From the NCBI GenBank assembly GCA_001179505.1, contig CDMY01000240.1, forward strand, positions 1 to 64,000: 64,000 nucleotides of DNA. Reading direction: 5' to 3'. Source of the DNA: Vitrella brassicaformis CCMP3155. Its lineage: Eukaryota > Protista > Chromerida. This document shows, piece after piece, positions 11,507 to 21,600 of the stretch. The notes beneath the pieces are model-generated. The model was not told the DNA's origin. It worked only from the letters and a program-made list of their open reading frames with translations, and searched no databases. Made by a program: the position numbers and the translations under genes. The first letter of the stretch is position 1. Each line of letters opens with the position of its first letter.

Positions 11507-12607
11507 TCATTCCATTACTGCTCCCCTGTCGATGACGTCACGCTCGAGACCGAATCGCCGCAGCAGACGGCGGGCAGCACCAACCGACACGGGGTAGCGC
11601 TGGGCGAGCGGGTGGGACCGATCGGCAGCAGATGGCTCAGTTGTGTAGAGGTCGATGGAGCCATCCTCCATCACCAGATGTGCAGCGATGGTCTCGTTGG
11701 GTCGGAAGCCGCTCACAATCACAAAACGATCGTGCCTCGCATCAGCAGCATTCAGATTGACCCTGTCGTAGCGGTAGTCGGCGACGATGCCTTGGTCCTC
11801 TGTGATGCCGTCGGTCCTTAGCAGACGGCCATAGCGCCGGTTGTCACGGCCAATGGTTCTAATGAGCACCTCCTTGTCGTCCACCCCCTCTCCATGTGAC
11901 CAATAGAGGAGCAGCCTGTGCAGCGGGAATGCCGAGAATGAGGGATACAGTTGGCCGCCCTGTCGGATGACGGGGTCAGCTCGCTTGTAGCCCTCAGCAT
12001 AGGGATGGCCGCCAGGCAGCTCACCCAACGGCACCACACGAAACGACTGATTGCCGGTCCGATAGCTCTCATAGGCCCCGTCATCGATTTGCTGCAGTGC
12101 CAGGCTGGAACCATAGTAGCTGAGCTGCTGGCCGATGATGTTGTAGATGGCCATGGCGAGTGGCAGTTGGTGGAAGGCCGTTGCTGTGAGCAGTGAGGCA
12201 GCCGGCAGACGGAGGGGCCGCGTCGCATTGGGGGTCAGCCGGTAGATGAAGGCCAGCCGAAGGAACCGCCCCATCGCCTGCCACTCCTCGCCACTGCCCC
12301 GCTCCAGCAGATAGACCACCTTCAAGCCGGCCTCCACATCACCGCCAATGTCGAAGGCCAACACGTCCGCCAGGCGCAGACGACTGATGTGCTCATCCAC
12401 GCGGCGCCTCACCTCATAGAGCATCGTGTCGACATCATCGGGATGGGTGTTGCTGATGTGTGAGCGGAGAGCGGCGCGTCTGTTGGGGTCAGTGGACATG
12501 GCCATTTCAGCCGCCTTGCTGATGGCGATGCTGCGCAGTGGCGGGACTGCCGGCGGGGCGGTGGGGCGATTGGGATTGGGAGGGGGAGGCTGGGCAGAGG
12601 ACGCCAT
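11507..12607 (-). CDS. Family A, subtype A1, hypothetical protein (366 aa)
   Basis: Intact ORF. The N-terminus is nearly the same as 2776-3882; the C-terminal framework is shared but the loops differ. Confidence 0.8.
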   Translation of the reverse strand: MASSAQPPPPNPNRPTAPPAVPPLRSIAISKAAEMAMSTDPNRRAALRSHISNTHPDDVDTMLYEVRRRVDEHISRLRLADVLAFDIGGDVEAGLKVVYLLERGSGEEWQAMGRFLRLAFIYRLTPNATRPLRLPAASLLTATAFHQLPLAMAIYNIIGQQLSYYGSSLALQQIDDGAYESYRTGNQSFRVVPLGELPGGHPYAEGYKRADPVIRQGGQLYPSFSAFPLHRLLLYWSHGEGVDDKEVLIRTIGRDNRRYGRLLRTDGITEDQGIVADYRYDRVNLNAADARHDRFVIVSGFRPNETIAAHLVMEDGSIDLYTTEPSAADRSHPLAQRYPVSVGAARRLLRRFGLERDVIDRGAVME

Positions 12608-13393
12608 CAGTCAGTCAACTGATCTGAATCAACGACACACAGAAGGTGACAGTGATCGAGAGGGAGATGAGTGTCCGTCTGTGTGCACCTTAAAACACTT
12701 GGCTATGAGGGAATGTCTGTCAGCAGCCCAACACCATATGTGATGGATGCGCTGGTGACTCTGCAGGCACCCACACAGCAGCATGATCCATCAGTGTCAG
12801 TCAATGCGACAGCGAGGGAATCAGACGAGCCACCGACCGTCAGCAATGGCTCCAGCGGCCCAAATGAAGCGATGGCGTGGCTATGCGGCCGTCGTCAACG
12901 AGCCAAGAAGGCACTGTGAGAGATCTGCAGGCACACAAAACACCGAAGCAGCAGCTGACTGAAGCATTTCAATGAATTCGTTGCCTCTCTGCATGCCATC
13001 TTACCCTCTCTTGAGCAGAAGAGGGATGGGATGCCCGTAGCGAAGATCTGCGAGCTTGGCATCGCGTAGCGAGGCGTTTTGGTGACAACAGGGCCGCGTA
13101 GAGTGTCGGGCAGATGCCCAAAGAGCCGCTGTGATGACATCGATCACCACAGATTCCGCCGCCATCTCCATGAGTGACGCCGTTGGGACACATTGAGGTG
13201 ATGGAGGGCAACCAGGGGGAGGGAAGGGCGTCAGCAGTGACAGCCTGTGTGATGTCTGTGTGTTTGTGGGCAGATATGTGACGTACAAGACCGACAAGGG
13301 AGCAGATCAGTCAAGGTGCGGCAAGGCATGCAGTGAGTGGTTTCGTCCCATCACACGCCGTTTGTGTGTGTCAGATCTCGGCTGCCGCTCCTG

Positions 13394-14542
13394 ATGGGCG
13401 CAGCCACCTCTAGCACGTCGCCGTCATGCCCGGGATTCTTCGCCTTCATGTCGCTAATCACACGTGGGAGGCAGCGAGGGCGAGAGGGCGTGTCCTTCTC
13501 GGCCGTCCCAGCTGAAGTGGTGCCGACGATCGCCCAGTGCCTCACCAGCTATGACGACTTGTGTGCCTTCCGCCGCATCGACAAGACCCGCCATGGCGCC
13601 CTCACGCCCGCCGCCCTGCTGCCCATCCTTACCCAGCTGCTGCCCGTCGTGGTGGCCTCTCTCGGCCTCGGTGGCCTCCTGGTGTGTATCATCCCCCAGC
13701 TGCCCCTCCGTGAGGCACTCAGCCACGGCTGCTGCACCGCATACCTCATCGAACAGCTCAGCCGCCGACTGTTCATCCTCGAGAGGGGCGGCGATTGGGC
13801 CAGATGGCGGCCGCACCTGGAGATGCTGTACTTGCTGAGGGGCAAGAGGCCTTTGGTGCTGAGTGACGACAACTTCGGCGTGTTCGGCAGCCGGGCGGCC
13901 TTCATGAGTGAGAGGGAGGCCGTCCGGCAGTGGAAGATACTCAGCCGGTGGATCACTTTCGCTGATGGAGAACAACAGAGACAGCTGATGGACGGCAACG
14001 CCATCCTTCGCCCTCACAATTGCCGTTTCACCCCTACCCTCCTCAACTCTCCCAGCCCCCTTTTCCCTCATGTAGCATTCGATCCCGCCGACCCGCCCAC
14101 AGAGATGGACGGCTGGACGAGCCCCAGCTGCACTCAAACGGTGGCATTCGAGCTTTTCAACTGGCTCGTTCGCAGCGGCCACATCCGTCGCATCAAATCC
14201 TGGTTGTCTTGGCGTCCTGCCTCTGCTGCATTCCGGGGTGTGTCTGAGCTGCTGGCGGCCTCTCCCGGCGATGCGGCACAGTGGGGGGCGGGGGCGACCG
14301 TGTTCGACGTGAAGCGGCCGGACGGGAAGGGGCATGATCGTTTGGTGGTGTTGGGCAGTGAGGCGATGGGCGAGGGGCACATGGCGGTCATTTGGCTGAT
14401 CGATTGGGGGGATTGTTGCCGCTCTGTTTATATTCTTACGACAGAGTCGGCCCCCCACGACAAGACGCGCACTGTCGTGATGAGAGCGTTGGGGGATCAG
14501 TTAGGGGGCAAGGTGTGGCGGGAGGAGAGGGATGGGCAGTGA
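13394..14542 (+). CDS. Family B hypothetical protein, copy 3 (clearest F-box-like segment)
   Basis: MGAATSS..., VPAEVVPTIAQCLTSYDDLCAFRRIDKTRHG (F-box-like spacing), LERGGDWARWRPHLEMLYLL, RLVVLGSEAMGEGHMAVIWL. Confidence 0.75.
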   Translation: MGAATSSTSPSCPGFFAFMSLITRGRQRGREGVSFSAVPAEVVPTIAQCLTSYDDLCAFRRIDKTRHGALTPAALLPILTQLLPVVVASLGLGGLLVCIIPQLPLREALSHGCCTAYLIEQLSRRLFILERGGDWARWRPHLEMLYLLRGKRPLVLSDDNFGVFGSRAAFMSEREAVRQWKILSRWITFADGEQQRQLMDGNAILRPHNCRFTPTLLNSPSPLFPHVAFDPADPPTEMDGWTSPSCTQTVAFELFNWLVRSGHIRRIKSWLSWRPASAAFRGVSELLAASPGDAAQWGAGATVFDVKRPDGKGHDRLVVLGSEAMGEGHMAVIWLIDWGDCCRSVYILTTESAPHDKTRTVVMRALGDQLGGKVWREERDGQ

Positions 14543-14589
14543 GCTGATGGGCGACGGGCAGATGGCACTCATCACGCTAGTGGGTTGCG

Positions 14590-14685
14590 GTCTTTTCATC
14601 CAGTCGACCGACTCTGCGCACACAAAATACGGTGATGAGAGTGCTGGTGGCATACCTGGGGGGCATAGCGTGGCGGAAGGAGTGA
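14590..14685 (+). pseudogene. Orphan duplicated family B C-terminal tail
   Basis: FIQSTDSA...VMRVLVAYLGGIAWRKE* parallels IIHSTEPA...VMRGLGPHLGGIAWWEE* of copy 1. The downstream flank 14690-14830 matches 6170-6360. Confidence 0.7.
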
Positions 14686-14851
14686 AAATGCTGAATGGAT
14701 GATAGCAAGACAGTGCCAGTCAGTGTACAGGCTATAGATCGTCGTTTTCAAGCAGCAGACCGACACAGACAGACATCCAGACAGGCAACGGGTTGTTGCC
14801 CTTCCTTTTATCCATCCATCCATCCTTGTGCAGTCTGTGTGAATGGCTTCC

Positions 14852-14890
<39 letters not shown>

Positions 14891-15136
14891 TCCGAATGAA
14901 CGAACGAAGATTGCTCGCATGCTTAGGCTGAATGGAAAAGTGCACCCCTGTCAAAATGGATGGGTCAAACACATTCACACTGCCGTGGGCATTGTCGCAC
15001 GACACAGCCCATCCGTCCGTTCACACGGCACAGCACTCACTCAGGGATCACCACAGAACACCATGGCACTCTCCAGCTGTCCATCCATATCTACACACAC
15101 TACCCTCCCATCCTTTCTCTCCCCTCTCCCAATAGG

Positions 15137-16186
15137 TCAATCCATCGCTTTCCTCGGACCGAAGCCCGCCACCTCCAGCGCATCATGAATGTCGTCACCA
15201 TGACCGCCATCCGTCCTCACCGCACTGCCGTCGCTCAGGCGGCGCTTCTTGCCAACGCCACCATCACCGTCAGCATCACCATCGGCCATACGTGCGTCTG
15301 CCGGGCCAGCGTGGCCCTCCTGCTGCTCCTCCTGTTTGCGCATCCTCTTGCGCTTCCTGCGGTCCTTGCGCATCAGCTCCTGCTCCATGTTCTGCTCGTG
15401 CCATACGTAGGCAATGTCGTCAGATGATATCCTGAGGCAATCGATGTATGTTCAGGGAATGGAGAGCACAGGGGTGTGTGTCTGTGTCTGTGTCTGTGGC
15501 GAGATGGGCGTTGGGTGGTGTGACTGACTGACCTTTTGCGCAGCTCGGCGATGAAGGTGCCTCCGGGTGTCCTCTTTCGCTTGCCGTCCGCCGTCTGCGT
15601 GCCCCCGGCCGCCTCGATGCGCTGAGCCATCACCACAACCAAGCAAGCGAAAGAGAGCATACGACACGTACCCTAATGTGTGTGGCACCTGCACACCCCT
15701 CCCACCTACTACCTGCGTCTCTTGAAGCACCTCGAGGCACAGCTGGACGCCCAGGCGGCTCACCATCCGCTCAAACAGGGGGATGTTGGCCTCCCTCAGC
15801 TCGTGCACCAGTTGTACGAGGGTCTCGATGTCGGTCTTGTCGCTCAGCAGCCGGAGCGACGACGTCACGCGGGACTCAACCACCTCGTATGACAAATCTT
15901 GAGGCTGTCGGTCTCGAGCGTCATGGTCTCTTCGGCTGGATGGATGCCGCCTTGGTGGCGGTGCGGGTCTGTTGCCGCCTCCCCTGCGCGTCTTGTCCTG
16001 CCGCTGGCCCCGGCTCGGCGGGTGGCGGCTCTGCATGGCGGCAGCGCCATCATTGGCCGCCTGCGGGGTGCCGTCCTGCCGATTTGCTGTGCTGTGACGC
16101 TGATCTGGCTGCAGCCCGCTTCTTTGCTCCTTCCCTTCGCTTGGAGGGTCGGCAATGTCCTTATAGGACACCGGCTCCTGCATCAT
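15137..16186 (-). CDS. PHAX: PHAX RNA-binding-domain protein (phosphorylated adaptor for RNA export-like), 3 exons
   Basis: Spliced LVHELREANIPLFERMVSRLGVQLCLEVLQETQ|RIEAAGGTQTADGKRKRTPGGTFIAELRKR matches the PHAX domain pattern (E..GG...DG.R.RTPGGVF). Exons 16186-15713, 15621-15533 and 15431-15137. Confidence 0.8.
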
Positions 16187-16376
16187 GATCTAGCAGTCTG
16201 GTCTGGTCTGCGAGCTTGGCGCGCAAAAGTTCGCAAAAAGTCCGCTGCTGGGGAAGGGATTCTGGTGAAGAAAGCCTCGCATTCACTCGCCTCAATTGAC
16301 AGTAAGCATCAAGGAAACGAGATCTCTCACAGTCCCGAACGAGTGTCTGTGTGTTGCTTTCAGACTCGGCTGTCTG

Positions 16377-18467
16377 ATGATGCAGTCATCAGCTGTATTG
16401 CCGGCATTCCTGTTGGGATCTATTCTGCTCTGCTGTGTCGAGAGGTCAGCCGCATTCTCTCATCTGCAGCTCCCGTCTTTGCCGCGGTCGCATCGGCGGC
16501 CATCCGTCAGTGTGGACTCATCTCCCTCTCTCTCTCTATCCCCGCCTGTCGGCTCGTCAAGCGTCCTCTTGCACAGGAGGCGGCCGACGGCACGGCGAAC
16601 ATCGCTGCTGGCCTCCACCGATTCTGCTGCTGATGCTGCGACTGGCACCCTTGACAAGAGTCCTTTCTTCATCACGACCCCGATCTACTATGTCAACGAC
16701 GCGCCCCACATCGGCCACGCCTACACGACCGTGGCCTGCGACGTCATCGCTCGGTTCATGCGGCTGGACGGGCGGGAGGTGTGCTTCCTGACAGGCACTG
16801 ACGAGCACGGGCAGAAGGTGCAGGAGGCCGCCGACAGGGCGGGGAGGACGGCCATCGAGTTCTGCGACGACGTGTCCGAGACCTTCCGGCAGCTGACCTA
16901 CGACCGGCTCAACTGCACGGTGGACCGGTTCATTCGGACGACAGAGGAGGGCCACAGGAAGGCGGTGCAGCACTTATGGCGTGTGCTAGAGGAGAGGGGC
17001 CACATCTATCTGGGTGCCTATGAGGGCTGGTACTCTGTCCGGGACGAGGCCTACTTCTCTGACAGCGAGCTGGTCGACGGCAAGGCGCCCACAGGGGCGG
17101 AGGTGATCAAGGTGGTCAAGGAGCCCAGCTACTTCTTCCGGCTGTCCGAGTGGCAAGACGCGCTGCTGAGGTTCTATGAGGAGAATCCCGATTTCCTTGG
17201 CCCGTGGTCGCGCAAGAACGAGGTCATTTCGTTTGTCAAAGAGGGGCTGAGGGATCTCTCCATCTCACGCACATCCTTCCAGGTATGCCATTCAAGCAGC
17301 ACTGTGTCCATTGCCTACGAATCTCTCTCTCTCTGTCTCTCTCTCTCTGTGTGTGTGTGTGTGTGTGTGTGTTGTGTGCAGTGGGGCGTGCGTGTGCCCG
17401 AGAGCGATGAACACGTTGTGTACGTGTGGCTCGACGCCCTGACTAACTACCTCACGGCCGTGGGCTACCCCGACACAGAGAGCGAGCCCTTTCGCAAGTA
17501 CTGGCCCGCTTCGCTGCACGTGGTGGGCAAGGACATCCTCCGCTTCCACGCCATCATGTGGCCGGCCTTTCTGTTGGCTGCCGGCATTGAGCCGCCCAAG
17601 AGGGTCTTTGCCCACGGCTGGTGGACGAGGGACGGGCAGAAGATCTCAAAGAGCGTCGGCAATGTCATCGATCCCATTCAGCTGGTCAGTGAGAAAGAGA
17701 CAGAGGGAGGGAGGGGGGCGAAGGGAGCAACACAACGCACATGCATCTGTGTGTGTCTGTGTGTGTCTGTGTGTGTGTGTGCACAGGTTGAGCGATATGG
17801 TTTGGACGCCGTGCGGTACTTCATGATATCCGAGGTGGCCTTCGGTCAGGACGGCGACTACTCCGACACGTCCATGGCCAACGCCGCCAACACGCTCGCC
17901 AACGACCTCGGCAACCTGCTGCAGCGCACTCTCACGCTGGTCTACAAGAACTGCGACAAACAGATCCCCCAGCCGCAGACCGACTTTACCGAGGACGATC
18001 AGGCGCTGCTGTCGGCTGCCGATGGGCTGCTGGAAGAGTGCCGGCGGTCCGTCGCGCTCACCCAGGGCCTGCACCACTACGCCGAGGCGCTCATCAAGGT
18101 GGCCCGTCAGGCCAACAAGTACATCGAAAGCCAGGCGCCCTGGCAGCTCAAAAAGACCGACGCCGCCCGCATGACGACCGTCCTGTTTGTGCTGTGTGAG
18201 ACGCTGCGGCGAGTGGCTGTCTTGTTCCAGCCGATCATCCCTCTGGCGGCCTCCCAGATGCTCGACCAGCTGGGCGTCCCCACGGACGAGAGGGCCTTCG
18301 ACAGTGTGGAGGAGGGCAGGCGTAAGAGCGGCGTGGCGATTGACAAACCGTCGCCCGTCTTCCGAAAGATGGAGATTGAGACAGGGGACGATGCGGCAAA
18401 GGCCGATAAGGGCGGGAGGGAACAGACAAAGGCACAGAAGGAGACTCTGCCTGCCGTTGCGCTATGA
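16377..18467 (+). CDS. metG: Methionyl-tRNA synthetase, organellar (bipartite plastid-type presequence), 3 exons
   Basis: FFITTPIYYVNDAPHIGHAYTT (HIGH), FLTGTDEHGQK, LRDLSISR, YVWLDALTNY, VGKDILRFHA, HGWW and KISKSVGN (KMSKS). Introns 17283-17381 and 17685-17786. The N-terminus has a signal peptide ending ERSAAF and a Ser/Arg-rich transit region. Confidence 0.97.
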   Translation: MMQSSAVLPAFLLGSILLCCVERSAAFSHLQLPSLPRSHRRPSVSVDSSPSLSLSPPVGSSSVLLHRRRPTARRTSLLASTDSAADAATGTLDKSPFFITTPIYYVNDAPHIGHAYTTVACDVIARFMRLDGREVCFLTGTDEHGQKVQEAADRAGRTAIEFCDDVSETFRQLTYDRLNCTVDRFIRTTEEGHRKAVQHLWRVLEERGHIYLGAYEGWYSVRDEAYFSDSELVDGKAPTGAEVIKVVKEPSYFFRLSEWQDALLRFYEENPDFLGPWSRKNEVISFVKEGLRDLSISRTSFQVCHSSSTVSIAYESLSLCLSLSVCVCVCVCCVQWGVRVPESDEHVVYVWLDALTNYLTAVGYPDTESEPFRKYWPASLHVVGKDILRFHAIMWPAFLLAAGIEPPKRVFAHGWWTRDGQKISKSVGNVIDPIQLVSEKETEGGRGAKGATQRTCICVCLCVSVCVCAQVERYGLDAVRYFMISEVAFGQDGDYSDTSMANAANTLANDLGNLLQRTLTLVYKNCDKQIPQPQTDFTEDDQALLSAADGLLEECRRSVALTQGLHHYAEALIKVARQANKYIESQAPWQLKKTDAARMTTVLFVLCETLRRVAVLFQPIIPLAASQMLDQLGVPTDERAFDSVEEGRRKSGVAIDKPSPVFRKMEIETGDDAAKADKGGREQTKAQKETLPAVAL

Positions 18468-18491
18468 GTTAACGTATGTCACACACAGAAG

Positions 18492-18602
18492 GAGACTGTG
18501 GCTGTGAGTTGAGACTTGAGAATGGCTTGAGAATGTGAGTGGAGCGTGGATCAGTTGATGACTAGAGCGAGATGTGTCGTCATTTTGTTGCGATGCACTG
18601 CT
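18492..18602. repeat. Direct repeat, left copy, flanking the adhesin gene (right copy 23134-23280)
   Basis: gagactgtggctgtgagttgaga and ttgatgact.gagcgagatgtgtcgtcattt.gttgcgatgcactgct occur in both copies. Confidence 0.8.
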
Positions 18603-18695
18603 CGTCGATCAATAAAGCAACGCGAGGTTCACTTACCTCGTAAATTCCATGACTCAGGCCCCCACAGGCCCCCTGGGCGCACCTGCACACCGAAT

Positions 18696-21600
18696 ATGCT
18701 GTGCTACATCGCCTCCTTCGCCTTTCTCGGACTCGCGACGTAAGCCACGACGCTCACGACACACAGATGGACACACAGATGGCTGTATGTCATGTGTGAT
18801 GATCCCCTGCTGATGGCGGCCGGGGGCAGCGTGGCACTGGGCGTGCAGTCCAAGGTGGGACCGATCCCTGTACACGACCGTTTCCAGAACCTCTACAAGA
18901 CGCTTACAGGATCAACATTCACGTCTTCAGTGGTGCGCACACAGCACAACAGACTCCGAATGGCCGCACATGTACACACCATGTGTCTTGCCCTCTCTTT
19001 CGCGTTTTAGTTCGGATGCGACTTCGATAACCTAGGCATGCTCACTACGGGCAATGAGTGCCAAGACGCTAGGACAGGTTGTTGTCCCACTTTCACTCAA
19101 CTCAAGGCTGCGCTGAACGGTAGAAACATGCTTAGAATACGGCAAAAGTCCGGCTGGCTTGGCTTGTAGTCTTCCTTTGCTTGCCATATGTACAGATAAA
19201 CCGTGTGATTATAGCGACCTTCTCCAGAACGCAACCAAAGTGGCCATGCTAGCCAACAATGCCGATCTGCAGACGGCCTGTACCAACGGCTGCCTCAAAA
19301 AAGCCAAGACGGCACTCGAGAGTGGACTCAATACGGCGGGTGTCAAGGGCAGGGGATGTGTGGCTGCACAGACGGCGCTGCGCACTATCGAAAACATCTG
19401 CGCCATGGAGGTGACGGAAGCAAAAAATGGAAAATAGAAGGAGGTTTATAGTGTTCTCTTTTGCAGAATATCGATACATACTGTTTTGAGTACTTCAACA
19501 ACCACCTAGAGATCTACGAGGCGGCCATCCAGGACCACAGTACCTCACTCGTACACAAAAAGCCCCCCCTCCATACACACCGAGACACAGAGGAGACACA
19601 GAGCAGAGCAGCATTTTCTCTTCTTTTTTCCCTTTCATTCGTCAGGTAAGTTCTCTGATGATGGTATGCCTTGGGACGTGTGCGCGGAGCGATGCTTCCT
19701 AACCAACACCGCCGTAGTCCTCACTTCTCTAGGCGACACAACGGCCGGAAAGGTCGCTCGCAAGCAAGCCGATGACTACTTCAAGATGGTCTGCTCTAAG
19801 GTCATTTCCTCGAGTCACACACACAGACCAGCACAAAGCGGTGCACACAGAATGACGCACGTCTGCATACATATAAGCGCACATTCGCTTGCTTGCTTGC
19901 TTGATAGCAGTTAACGAACCCGCTCCCCGACCAAGCTGATCAATGCACTCAAGAGACTACCGCGCCAGCCGCCACTGTGCCAGCCCCGAGGCTGCGGGAG
20001 CTTGAGGAGACCGCTGCCTGGTACCAAATCGGCGCCGACATCGATGGCGAAGCGGCCGGTGACCGATCGGGGATAGCAGTGGCTATCTCAAGTGATGGCT
20101 CTCGTTTGGCCATCGGTGCTGACTATAATGATGGCGGTGGTTCTGACAGCAGTCATGTTCGCGTGTTTGACCTCACTGGATCCACCTGGACTCAAGTCGG
20201 CGCCGACATTGATGGCAAAGCGGCCGGTGATCAATCGGGGTATTCAGTGGCCATGTCCAGTGATGGCTCTCGTTTGGCCATCGGTGCTTACTGGAATGAT
20301 GCTGGTGGTTATGCAAGCGGTCATGTTCGCGTGTTTGACCTCGTTGAATCCACCTGGACTCAAGTCGGCGCCGACATCGATGGCCTAGCGGCCTATGACC
20401 AATCGGGGTATTCAGTGGCCATGTCCAGTGATGGCTCTCGTTTGGCCATCGGTGCTTGGGGGAATGATGACGGTGGTTCTGACAGCGGTCATGTTCGCGT
20501 GTTTGACCTCGTTGAATCCACCTGGACTCAAGTCGGCGCCGACATCGATGGCGAAGCGGCGGATGACTGGTCGGGGGCAGCAGTGGCGATGTCCAGTGAT
20601 GGCTCTCGTTTGGCCATCGGTGCCCCCTACCATTTTGGTAGTAGTCTTGACAGCGGTCATGTTCGCGTGTTTGACCTCGTTGAATCCACCTGGACTCAAG
20701 TCGGCGCCGACATCGATGGCGAAGCGGTCTTCGACAATTCGGGGTATTCAGTGGCCATGTCCAGTGATGGCTCTCGTTTGGCCATCGGTACTCAGGGGAA
20801 TAATGGCGGAGGTTCTGGCCGCGGTCATGTTCGCGTGTTTGACCTCGTTGAGTCCACCTGGACTCAAGTCGGCGTCGACATCGATGGCGAAGCGGATGAT
20901 GACCGGTCGGGGCAGTCAGTGGCCATGTCCAGTGATGGCTCTCGTTTGGCCATCGGTGCTTGGGGGAATGATGGCGGTGGTTCTCTTAGCGGTCATGTTC
21001 GCGTGTTTGACCTCGTTGAATCCACCTGGACTCAAGTCGGCGCCGACATCGATGGCGAAGCGGCCAATGACCAATCGAGGCGGTCGGTGGCCATGTCCAG
21101 TGATGGCTCTTCCTTCGCCATCGGTGCTCCGAGGAATGGTGGCGGCGGTTCTGACAGCGGCCATGTTCGCGTGTTCACGACCACTCCACAGCTGACACTG
21201 ACGACTGCTGCACCAAGCACAGCATCACTGACGAGTGCTGCAGCAAGCACAATATCACTGACGAGTGCTGAACCAAGCACAGAATCACTGACGAGTGCTG
21301 AACCAAGCACAGAATTACCAACCACTACTCCAGCAACCACATCAGCTCCAACAATTTCATCCGAGACGCCAACGCCAACGTCATCTATGCTGATATCCGA
21401 TCTGCTAGCCGATGGGCACATCATGGTCGACAGCGTCACCCCTGATGATCAGGAGGATGCGGCAGCTGTGTGTCATATATCATTCACCACGAGGGTGTCT
21501 TGTATTGCCGCCAACTATCCCAAGCGCATCACTTTGGCAGAGGACAGCCCTGTTACGGATGTCGAGGGCACCAGCTATGACGATATTATTACGGGCAACG

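Noticed and set aside
20019-21176. Regular repeat with variable inserts resembling a CRISPR array
   Set aside because: The units are 168-nt in-frame coding repeats in a eukaryotic gene; no cas genes are present.
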